This document shows positions 27,523 to 34,822 of a stretch of 34,822 nt of DNA, piece by piece. The notes beneath the pieces are model-generated. The model was not told where the DNA came from. It searched no databases and saw only the letters and a list, made by a program, of their open reading frames with translations. How positions within the stretch are numbered: the stretch's first letter is position 1; every line of letters starts with the position of its first letter. The DNA comes from a bacterium (lineage in GTDB: Bacteria; Patescibacteriota; Patescibacteriia; Patescibacteriales; JALTFF01): assembly GCA_027007465.1 (NCBI GenBank), contig JALTFF010000011.1, positions 1 through 34,822 on the forward strand, written 5' to 3'. The position numbers and the translations under genes are program-made.

Positions 27523-28590
27523 TTATACACTGCTCTTTATTTCAATAATATCTCCATCAGACATAACATAGTCTCTTCCTTCTATCCTCACTAATCCTTT
27601 CTCTCTTGCTTTTGTAAAACTTCCAATAGATAAAAGGTCTTGCCAATTTATAATTTCAGCCCTTATAAAATATTTTTCAAAATCACTATGTATAACACCA
27701 CCGGCTTGAGGAGCTGTTGAACCACTTTTAAGCATCCAAGCTCTTGTCTCATCATAACCTGTTGTGAAAAAAGTTATTAAATTAAGTAGCTTATAAGCTT
27801 CCTTTATTAAAATATCAATCTCTAAATCAGCTGATAGTCCTAATTCTACTCTTTCTTCTGGGCTCAGCTCAGATACTTCTAATTGACTAAGTAAGTCAAT
27901 AATTAAAAATCGCCAATTATTTTTTTGAAAAATATTTAAAACGCTTTGCGAAATTTCATCTGCCTTTCCATTTAAAATATAAATTCTTGGTTTTAAAGAT
28001 AAAAGCTGATGTTTCTTTAAGCTATCTTTTTCATCTATTTTTAACTCTAACTCATCTATATTTTTATCCTTTTCTAAAAAATCAAATATTTTTTTTAAGG
28101 TTGATAGCTCACTAATACTTTTTTTATCTCCTGATTTTATTTTTCTCTCCAATCCGCTAATTAATTTATTAACTATTTCTAAATCTTTTAACTTCATTTC
28201 AGTATCAAGTATTTCTTTATTTTTTAAAATATCTGCCTCACTTTCAAGATGTGTAATATCCTTATTTTTAAAAGCTCTTAAAACATAAACAATGGCATCT
28301 ACTTCTCTAATATTAGCTAAAAATTGGTTGCCTAGTCCTTCTCCATTATGAGCGCCTTTGACTAAGCCAGCAATATCAATAAATTTGATTGTTGCATAAA
28401 TTTTCTTTTCAGAATTGCTTAACTGGCTTAATTTGTCAACTCTATCATCTGGAACCTCTACTGTGCCAATATTTGGCTCAATAGTACAAAATGGATAATT
28501 TTCTCTTGGCACTTGTTTTTTTGTAATTGTTTGGAATAAAGTTGACTTGCCAACATTTGGAAGCCCAACAATTCCAATTGATAAAGACAT
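27523..28590 (-). CDS. ychF: Ribosome-binding ATPase YchF
   Basis: Contains IGIVGLPNVGKSTLF, the DIAGLVKGA motif and C-terminal TGS-like domain (RAW.....TAPQAAG.IHSDFE.GFIRAE pattern). Confidence 0.93.
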   Translation of the reverse strand: MSLSIGIVGLPNVGKSTLFQTITKKQVPRENYPFCTIEPNIGTVEVPDDRVDKLSQLSNSEKKIYATIKFIDIAGLVKGAHNGEGLGNQFLANIREVDAIVYVLRAFKNKDITHLESEADILKNKEILDTEMKLKDLEIVNKLISGLERKIKSGDKKSISELSTLKKIFDFLEKDKNIDELELKIDEKDSLKKHQLLSLKPRIYILNGKADEISQSVLNIFQKNNWRFLIIDLLSQLEVSELSPEERVELGLSADLEIDILIKEAYKLLNLITFFTTGYDETRAWMLKSGSTAPQAGGVIHSDFEKYFIRAEIINWQDLLSIGSFTKAREKGLVRIEGRDYVMSDGDIIEIKSSV

Positions 28591-28626
28591 ATTAAAAAAT
28601 AATTTATATTATTATTAAAAATATAA

Positions 28627-29901
28627 TTAAGCTTTTAAATATATTCTGTTTTTTGCTTCACTTATAATTTTGCTTTCATTTTTCACAACCCTATCTCTCA
28701 TTAAAACTTTTCCATTCACAATTACGTCTGAAACACAATCTCCATTGCAAGCATAAACTAAATCTGAATATAAATTATAGCCTGGATTAAAGCAAATATG
28801 GTTTAAATCAACTAATATAAAATCAGCTAACTTTCCTTGAACAATTCTCCCTGAGTTTATTTGAAGAGCTTTAGCGCCATTTTCTGTGGCTGATTTAAAT
28901 ATATCATAAGCTGGAGCTATAGTTAATTTTCTTTCATCTATCCCATTAGATAATAAACGACCCATTGGATTAATTTTTTGTAAAAGTGAAGCAAACTTTA
29001 TCTCTGAGAGCATATCTAATGAATTATTTGAAGCTGCCCCATCTGTTCCTATAGCAATATTTACTCCAGCTTTTTTCAATTTCTCATAAGGGAAAAATCC
29101 TGACGCTAATTTCATATTTGAGCAAGGATTATAAACAACCTGACATTTTTTCTTAGCTAAAATCTTAATTTCTTTATCAGAAAGCCAAACAGTATGAGCT
29201 AAAATTGTATTTTTATCTAAAAGCCCAATTCTATCTAAATATTCTACTGGCCTTATTTTGTATTTTTTTGAACAATCATCGACTTCTTTTTTTGTTTCTG
29301 ACAAATGAATGTGTAGTAATAAATTATTTTCTTGAGCAAATTTTTTTGACCAAATAAGATTTTCTTTTGAAACAGTATAAATTGAATGTGGAGCAATTGA
29401 AAAAGTAATATTTTTAAATTTTCTTTTTTTAAAAATTTCACTATAATTTTTCACATTTTTTATACTACCAAAAGGATTGGAATCCAAGATAACTAATCCA
29501 ACAACTGCTCTTATTCCAATTTCTTCAATTGCTTTAATAGCTGCTTCTGGTCTCCAATACATATCATTAAAAGTTGTTGTTCCTGTTTTAATCATTTCTA
29601 AAATAGCTAATTTTGTTCCAAAATAAATATCATCTTGGCTTAACTTTTTTTCTAATGGCCAAATCTTTTTTTCTAACCAATCTTTCAAAGGTAAATCATC
29701 AGCATAGCCTCTGAGTAAACTCATTGCTGAATGAGTATGGCAATTTATAAGACCTGGTAAAATAGCTTTTTTTTCTTTTCCATCAATTTTATCATCAGCT
29801 TTTAGATTTAAATTATCACTAATTCTTTCAATTTTATTCCCTTTAATAAAGATATCTTTTTTTTCTTTATTTAAAATTACATTTTTAATTAAAATACTCA
29901 T
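28627..29901 (-). CDS. Amidohydrolase, MtaD-like 5-methylthioadenosine/S-adenosylhomocysteine deaminase family
   Basis: Contains PGLINCHTHSAMSLLRGYADDLPLKDWL, HLSET and GTDGAASNNSLDM motifs of ATZ/TRZ-MtaD amidohydrolases. Confidence 0.8.
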   Translation of the reverse strand: MSILIKNVILNKEKKDIFIKGNKIERISDNLNLKADDKIDGKEKKAILPGLINCHTHSAMSLLRGYADDLPLKDWLEKKIWPLEKKLSQDDIYFGTKLAILEMIKTGTTTFNDMYWRPEAAIKAIEEIGIRAVVGLVILDSNPFGSIKNVKNYSEIFKKRKFKNITFSIAPHSIYTVSKENLIWSKKFAQENNLLLHIHLSETKKEVDDCSKKYKIRPVEYLDRIGLLDKNTILAHTVWLSDKEIKILAKKKCQVVYNPCSNMKLASGFFPYEKLKKAGVNIAIGTDGAASNNSLDMLSEIKFASLLQKINPMGRLLSNGIDERKLTIAPAYDIFKSATENGAKALQINSGRIVQGKLADFILVDLNHICFNPGYNLYSDLVYACNGDCVSDVIVNGKVLMRDRVVKNESKIISEAKNRIYLKA

Positions 29902-30749
29902 ATAAGTTTATTAAATAACTTTTTAGCATTCTCACTTGTAATCTGTGATATCTTAGTAAAACTTAAACCACGAATTTTTGCTATATGTTCAGCTACTAAT
30001 CTTACAGCCAAAGAATTGTTTCTCTGCTCATAAAAGTTTGGTGGAGTTAAATATGGAGAATCTGTTTCAAGTAAAATTTTATCTAGCGGAGTATTTAGTA
30101 TATTTTTTTTAAAATCTATTCCAACTATTTTCTTAAATATTATCCCATTAAAACCAATATAAAATCCCATTCTTAAATATTCTTTCAATTCATCGTTAGT
30201 GCCAACAAAAGAATGGATAACCCCTCTTATTCCTATTTTTTGATTTATTATTGATTTTAAAATGCTTATAAGATCCTTATGCGCCATTCTACAATGAAAA
30301 ATAATCGGTAAATTTAATTCCTCTGCCAAATTTATTTGCATTAAAAGAGTTTTAATTTGCCTATCCTTAAACATAGCTAACTTTTGCTTACTTTTTGGTT
30401 TATAATAATAATCTAAACCAATCTCTCCAATAGCCACTACTTTTTTTGACTTAGCTAATTCAATATATTTGACCTTATCAAATTCCTCTGTTCTGGTTTT
30501 AAATTTTGGTAATTCACCTAATTCTGACTTGCCTAATTTTCTAGTTTCTAAATGTAAGGGATGCAAACCTATAGCAGCATAAACTTTACTATTATATTTC
30601 TCAGCTATTTCAATTGCTTTCTTGCTTGTATCATATTGAGTGCCAACATTAATAACCCAGATATCATTTTCTAAGCATTTTTTAATAACCTCATCTCTAT
30701 CATTATCAAAAGCGCTAAAATTTAAATGAGTATGCGTGTCAATTAGCAT
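29898..30749 (-). CDS. tatD: TatD-family metal-dependent hydrolase/DNase
   Basis: Contains MLIDTHTHLNF, GEIGLDYYY, IFHCR, and ETDSPYL. Confidence 0.88.
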   Translation of the reverse strand: MLIDTHTHLNFSAFDNDRDEVIKKCLENDIWVINVGTQYDTSKKAIEIAEKYNSKVYAAIGLHPLHLETRKLGKSELGELPKFKTRTEEFDKVKYIELAKSKKVVAIGEIGLDYYYKPKSKQKLAMFKDRQIKTLLMQINLAEELNLPIIFHCRMAHKDLISILKSIINQKIGIRGVIHSFVGTNDELKEYLRMGFYIGFNGIIFKKIVGIDFKKNILNTPLDKILLETDSPYLTPPNFYEQRNNSLAVRLVAEHIAKIRGLSFTKISQITSENAKKLFNKLI

Positions 30750-30754
30750 AAATT

Positions 30755-31300
30755 TTAAAATAATGTTTTTAAATCTTTAAAAAATCCTAACTTAGCATCT
30801 TTCTCAGATAAAATTGGATTTTTTATTTGCCAATCAATTCTAAGATAAGGGTCGTTCCAAATAATTCCAGAATCAGCTTCTGGATGATAAAACTCATCGC
30901 ATTTATACATAAATTCTGTTTTATCTTCTAATGTCACAAAACCGTGAGCAAATCCTCGTGGTATTAAAAGTATTAAGAAATTTTCAGCTGAAAGATTAAA
31001 GCCCTGCCATTGCCCAAATGTTGATGATTTTTTTCTTAAATCCACAATCACATCATAAACGCTCCCCCTTGTCACTCTAACCAACTTAGCTTGTGTAAAA
31101 GGTGGATTTTGAAAATGCAAACCACGCAAAACACCTGCTTTATTTGAAAAAGAATGATTATCTTGAACAAAATTAATATTTATATTATGTTTTTCAAATT
31201 CTTTTTTAGAATAACTTTCTAAAAAAAATCCCCTTCTATCTCTAAAAATATTTGGTTTTATAATCCAAACATCTTTTAATTTCGCTTTTTTAAATTCCAT
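30755..31300 (-). CDS. rfbC: dTDP-4-dehydrorhamnose 3,5-epimerase
   Basis: Contains DRRGFFLESY, GVLRGLHFQ and KLVRVTRGSVYDVIVDLR. The start is chosen at MEFKKAKLKDVWII (31300). The longer ORF to 31327 is possible, and either start overlaps the rfbD 3' end. Confidence 0.88.
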   Translation of the reverse strand: MEFKKAKLKDVWIIKPNIFRDRRGFFLESYSKKEFEKHNININFVQDNHSFSNKAGVLRGLHFQNPPFTQAKLVRVTRGSVYDVIVDLRKKSSTFGQWQGFNLSAENFLILLIPRGFAHGFVTLEDKTEFMYKCDEFYHPEADSGIIWNDPYLRIDWQIKNPILSEKDAKLGFFKDLKTLF

Positions 31301-32151
31301 AAATATTCTTTTAAGGCTTTTTGCCAACTTCTTAATGGCTTTAATTTAGTGTTAAGCAAGACTGAAAATAATGGCCGTTTAGCTAGAGCTGGGAACTCAT
31401 CTGATTTTACTGGAATAATCTTAACTTTTAATCTTGCTTGCTTGTATAATTCTACAACAGCTTCATATCTGTTGCAAGCGCCACTATTTGTAATATGATA
31501 AATTCCATAAGGTTTTTTATCATCAATAATCTCCTTTGTTTTTTGAGCCAAGTCAGGAGCATAAGTAAAACAACCAATTTCATCATTAGTCACTTTTACC
31601 ACTTTATTTTTCTTTCCTAACTCAAGCATTATGTTAAAAAAACTTTGCTTTGCATTTTTTGTTAAAGCTGGTTTTCCAAAAAGCCAAGACAAACGAATAA
31701 TATAATACTCATTTGTATTTTTCTTTGTTTCTATTTCTCCTAATAATTTTGTTTGTCCATATTTATTAATAGGATTTGGCTTTGAATTTTCATTAAAACC
31801 ATTTACAGTGGATATGCCATCAAAGATATAATCAGTTGAATAATGAACAAAAATAGCTTGACTTTTCTTAGCTGCTTTTGCTAAAAAGCCAGGCGCTAAG
31901 CCATTGATCTTTTTTGCTAATTCAAACTCTTTCTTAGATTCTTCGCATTTATCAACTGCATTATAAGCAGCAGCATTGATAATAGCATTTGGTTTAACAG
32001 CTCCTATTTTTTTTATTACTTCATTTTTATGAGTAATATCTAAATCTCTTCTAGTCCAAGCAATAACTTGATAATTCTTATCCTTTTTAAACACTTTAAT
32101 AAGTTCTTGTCCAAGCATCCCATTAGAACCAACTATAATAAGTTTTTTCAT
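31276..32151 (-). CDS. rfbD: dTDP-4-dehydrorhamnose reductase
   Basis: Contains Rossmann N-terminus IIVGSNGMLGQEL, YSTDYIFDG, and YGQTKLLGE. Confidence 0.88.
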   Translation of the reverse strand: MKKLIIVGSNGMLGQELIKVFKKDKNYQVIAWTRRDLDITHKNEVIKKIGAVKPNAIINAAAYNAVDKCEESKKEFELAKKINGLAPGFLAKAAKKSQAIFVHYSTDYIFDGISTVNGFNENSKPNPINKYGQTKLLGEIETKKNTNEYYIIRLSWLFGKPALTKNAKQSFFNIMLELGKKNKVVKVTNDEIGCFTYAPDLAQKTKEIIDDKKPYGIYHITNSGACNRYEAVVELYKQARLKVKIIPVKSDEFPALAKRPLFSVLLNTKLKPLRSWQKALKEYLWNLKKRN

Positions 32152-32177
32152 AATTATTGTTTTATAAAAATCTAACT

Positions 32178-32206
32178 ACTATAAATTTAATATATAATTT
32201 AGCCAA
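32178..32206 (-). promoter_or_regulatory. Candidate promoter for the rfbD-rfbC-tatD-amidohydrolase-ychF-recG block (TTGGCT-17 nt-TATAGT)
   Basis: The minus strand has TTGGCT (32206-32201), a 17-nt spacer and TATAGT (32183-32178), ~27 nt upstream of the rfbD ATG. Confidence 0.45.
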
Positions 32207-32373
32207 TAACATTGAATTATTGAAATAAATCTGCGCAAGAGTTTTGCTTTTGTTGGGGTTTACTTAAAAGCAAAATTTTTCATGTCAGCACTAGCAAAAT
32301 TTAGCCTGAAAAATGAAATTGTAATAAAGCAGAAGTTGTGCAGCAGAAACTATTTTGTAATTTAAGGCAATAA

Positions 32374-32829
32374 CTATCTTATAAGAATTCTGTAAATCGC
32401 TATTCCAAAAGCTACAGAAACATTAAGTGATTCCTTTCTTCCAACCATCGGAATTTCAATTATCTGATCACAATGCTGAATAATAGACCTAGAAAGTCCT
32501 TTGACTTCATTGCCTAAAATCAGCGCTAATGGAAACTTTGGTTTAAATTTTTGATAATTAATTGATTTAGGTGATTGTTCAAGCGCTACAATTTGAAACC
32601 CTTGACTCTTTAATTTTTTTATTGCTCTCCATGTTTGAATCTTTTTTTCAAATAATACCCATTTTTCCGCGCCAAGAGCAGTTTTAGCAATTCCAGAATG
32701 TGGCGGAGCTGGACTATAACCGCCTAAAATTATTTTGTCAACTCCAACAGCGTCAGCTGTCCGAAAAATTGCTCCAATATTATAAGCGCTACGAATATTG
32801 TGCGCGACAACATAAACTAACTTTTCCAT
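32374..32829 (-). CDS. SpoU/TrmH-family RNA 2'-O-methyltransferase (minimal 151-aa form)
   Basis: SPOUT motifs are present: NIGAIFRTADAVGV, LILGNEVKGLS, IEIPMVGRKESLNVSVAFGIAIY. Confidence 0.85.
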   Translation of the reverse strand: MEKLVYVVAHNIRSAYNIGAIFRTADAVGVDKIILGGYSPAPPHSGIAKTALGAEKWVLFEKKIQTWRAIKKLKSQGFQIVALEQSPKSINYQKFKPKFPLALILGNEVKGLSRSIIQHCDQIIEIPMVGRKESLNVSVAFGIAIYRILIR

Positions 32830-32900
32830 AAAGATAATTTGTCAAAATAAATTTCATAAAATACACCTTATATCTAATATATTTAAAATTTTAAAATATG

Positions 32901-33512
32901 CTACATCTGTCTTTTATATAAATCTACTCCCATTTTCTTTAGGCACAAATATAGTTTATTTAAAGGCAATCCAATTACTGAATAAAAATCTCCATTAATA
33001 CTCTCAATTAAAGGAGCAGCTCGATTCATTAATCCATAAGCGCCAGCCATTTTTAATCCCTCTCCAAGATTAACATAATTATCTATTTCTTCATTGCTTA
33101 ATTTTCTAAATTTTACCTTTGCTTGCCCAAAATCAGTAATGGTTTTTTTACTTTTAGTATCTATTAAAGCCAATCCAGAAATAATTAAATGTTCTTTTCC
33201 AGAAAAATTTTTTAGTATTTGCCTAGCATCATTCTTATCTTTTGGCTTGCCAATAAATTTGCCATTAAAAACTGTAAAAGTATCTCCACCAATAATAATC
33301 GCATTGACATAATATTGGGCTACTTCTTTGGCTTTATTTAAGGCTAAAAATTTTGCCAATTCTTGTGGATTATCCATAGCTTGCATATTTTCTTTATAAC
33401 AGCTTTTTCTCACTTCAAAATCTCGTAATCCTATCTGTTCTAATAACTGTTTTCTTCTTGGAGATTGCGAAGCTAAAATTATTCTTCTTTTATTTTCTTG
33501 CATAAATTTCAT
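32901..33512 (-). CDS. maf: Maf-like nucleoside triphosphate pyrophosphatase
   Basis: Contains IILASQSPRRKQLLEQIG, GGDT, and GAYG.Q motifs. The start could instead be the Met at 33503. Confidence 0.9.
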   Translation of the reverse strand: MKFMQENKRRIILASQSPRRKQLLEQIGLRDFEVRKSCYKENMQAMDNPQELAKFLALNKAKEVAQYYVNAIIIGGDTFTVFNGKFIGKPKDKNDARQILKNFSGKEHLIISGLALIDTKSKKTITDFGQAKVKFRKLSNEEIDNYVNLGEGLKMAGAYGLMNRAAPLIESINGDFYSVIGLPLNKLYLCLKKMGVDLYKRQM

Positions 33513-33675
33513 TAATTATAAATATAATAACACTAATTTAATCAGGGTATGATCTTGTATAAAATTTTAACTTGATTTGCTAAACCTAATTTTTATTTAT
33601 TAAAAGACAAAAGAAAAAATCAGCTGGAATTATTTTTAATTATTGCTTGTTTTAAGTTAATCTTGTTAATGCGCT

Positions 33676-33779
33676 TTAAATTATCAAAATCCCCTTGTTA
33701 TATGCACCGACTGCTAAAAGTAATAGAGCGCAACGTGGCACCAGAGCAAAGTGAAGTGGGTTTAAAAAAGACAAAATTT
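33676..33779 (-). repeat. Intergenic module copy X2 (homologous to 1118-1232)
   Basis: The minus strand reads TTTTTTAAACCCACTTCACTTTGCT..GTGCCACGTTGCGCTCTATTACTTTTAGCAGTCGGTGCATATAAC. See X1 for the match counts. Confidence 0.4.
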
Positions 33780-34307
33780 TTAATATAAATCAACATTTCT
33801 AAAAGGAATTAAAGCTAAAATTATTGCCTCTTCATAGTATTTCGTTCTGTCAGTCACATCTCCTGTTAAAATTCCAACAGCCCCATTTTCTTGTTTAGAG
33901 TTATTACGATTAAAAACAATATCATCTGCTTCTCCAAGTTCCTTGCCTTCTTTTATTAACTTAATAATTTTCTCTGGAAGAAAAAATGTTCCTGTTTTTG
34001 ATTTACCATACTTATCAGCCGACTTTATGACTACCCAAGCAAAAGATTCCACTTCATCATCAATACACTCAATACCTCCTTCAATACCAACAAAGAAGTC
34101 GGCGTCTTTCACTTTATTTGAAGCATTATCAGCCCTATTTTTCGCTCCTTGAAAAGTTTCGTTATTGCTAAAAGGCTGATCAGCGACATCTGAATGAACA
34201 GAAATGCCAATGAATTCAAACTCTTGATTAGGAAACATTTTTTCAAAACCATTTTTTACTGCTTGAATTTTAACAGGATTCTTTGATGCGATAATTACTT
34301 TTTTCAT
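33780..34307 (-). CDS. yjjX: Inosine/xanthosine triphosphatase, YjjX family
   Basis: Collinear by eye with E. coli YjjX: ASKNPVKIQAV, VADQPFSNNETFQGAKNRA, FFVGIEGGI, FAWVVI, AVGILTG, and ALIPF. Confidence 0.85.
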   Translation of the reverse strand: MKKVIIASKNPVKIQAVKNGFEKMFPNQEFEFIGISVHSDVADQPFSNNETFQGAKNRADNASNKVKDADFFVGIEGGIECIDDEVESFAWVVIKSADKYGKSKTGTFFLPEKIIKLIKEGKELGEADDIVFNRNNSKQENGAVGILTGDVTDRTKYYEEAIILALIPFRNVDLY

Positions 34308-34516
34308 AATAGATATTGATTAACAAATAAACTTTTTAATTTTGTCTTTTTTAAATTGCGCATAATGTTTACATATATCTGAAGTCTTATTTATTCTACC
34401 TTATTAAAATTAAAAAGAAAAGAATAAATAAAATTTGAGTGAGCGTATTCTGGAAGAATGTGCGAACCAAATATACGTTGGTTATCAGATATAATAAAAA
34501 AACAAAAAGGTGTTTC

Positions 34517-34544
34517 TTGACGAATAGATTGAATGCTGTATATA
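34517..34544 (+). promoter_or_regulatory. Candidate + strand promoter (TTGACG-16 nt-TATATA) reading toward the window end
   Basis: TTGACG at 34517-34522 and TATATA at 34539-34544, preceded by CTG. The R2 leader-like repeats follow downstream, mirroring the 1309 promoter / R1 arrangement. Confidence 0.35.
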
Positions 34545-34584
34545 GTTGAATAATTTATCCCTTGCCTTAATTTTCCACCTTCTA

Positions 34585-34705
34585 TATTTAAATCCAAAGC
34601 ACGAATATCAAAATACCTGCCTACCAGCAGGCAGGCGAAAAAAATTCAAATGACCAAAATTCAAATGGCCGAAACAACTAAATGCCAAAATCAAAATAAC
34701 TAAAT
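34585..34705 (+). repeat. A-rich repeat region R2 (homologous to R1, interrupted by a GC hairpin)
   Basis: Contains TTTAAATCCAAAGC, then AAATTCAAATGACC / AAATTCAAATGGCCGAAACAACTAAATGCC / AACTAAATG. The core matches 1406-1428 at 20/23 positions. Confidence 0.45.
34616..34635 (-). terminator. GC-rich hairpin, terminator-like on the minus strand
   Basis: CCTGCCT/AGGCAGG 7-bp stem with a 6-nt loop. On the minus strand it is followed by TATTTTGATATT; on the plus strand by CGAAAAAAATT (no U tract). Confidence 0.4.
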
Positions 34706-34822
34706 GTTTAAGATAAAAAGTTTTTGTCACTTTCAACACATTAGAAATTTGTTCTATGTTTCAACCTTGCTTCAAAAAAGCTAACACCTCCACTTTAGCC
34801 ATAATCCAATTAGTTTTCAAAG

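Noticed and set aside
34391-34597. 68-aa minus-strand ORF in the spacer beyond yjjX.
   Set aside because: It starts at TTG, not ATG, and its composition looks non-protein-like. It overlaps the candidate + strand promoter and the X/R-like repeat sequence. No motif is recognised, so it is treated as non-coding.
34731-34765. Two TTTCAAC heptamers 28 nt apart (34731 and 34759) that look like ends of CRISPR repeats.
   Set aside because: There are only two short copies, the flanking sequence is not repeated, and there are no cas genes. This is consistent with chance in AT-rich DNA.

Overview
AT-rich bacterial chromosomal segment, transcribed almost entirely on the minus strand. The core (23885 down to 7939) is one contiguous str-S10-spc ribosomal super-operon: rpsL-rpsG-fusA-[orf]-tuf-rpsJ-rplC-rplD-rplW-rplB-rpsS-rplV-rpsC-rplP-rpmC-rpsQ-rplN-rplX-rplE-rpsN-rpsH-rplF-rplR-rpsE-rplO-secY. 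Downstream of secY lie an unknown basic protein, a CaCA antiporter, map, ruvX, an unknown secreted protein, tpiA, a TPR protein and tRNA-Thr(GGU). Upstream of rpsL lie an M50-type protease, rpmB (+ strand), recG, ychF, an MtaD-like amidohydrolase, tatD, rfbC, rfbD, a SpoU/TrmH methyltransferase, maf and a YjjX-type ITPase/XTPase. The window opens inside a 5'-truncated PD-(D/E)xK restriction endonuclease gene, followed by a CAP/SCP-domain membrane protein (+ strand). L30 is missing between S5 and L15, adk/infA are missing after secY, several r-proteins carry long Lys-rich extensions, and start codons lack Shine-Dalgarno sequences. Together with the very low GC, this suggests a reduced-genome, Patescibacteria/CPR-like organism using the standard code (inference). 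I see no CRISPR array, transposase, integrase or multi-gene defence island. What is unexplained is non-coding: (1) a ~430-nt comparatively G+C-rich spacer upstream of the rpsL promoter; (2) a family of homologous intergenic modules upstream of several operons; (3) a second repeat family of A-rich AAATCC[G/A]AA / CAAATG[A/G]CCGAAAC leaders downstream of two + strand promoters; (4) a 293-nt rpsJ-rplC spacer with tandem palindromic hairpins and a terminator-like hairpin 10 nt before the rplC ATG; (5) an 18-bp perfect inverted repeat bracketing the yjjX-like gene. All of these are hand-derived from the sequence and need computational or experimental confirmation.
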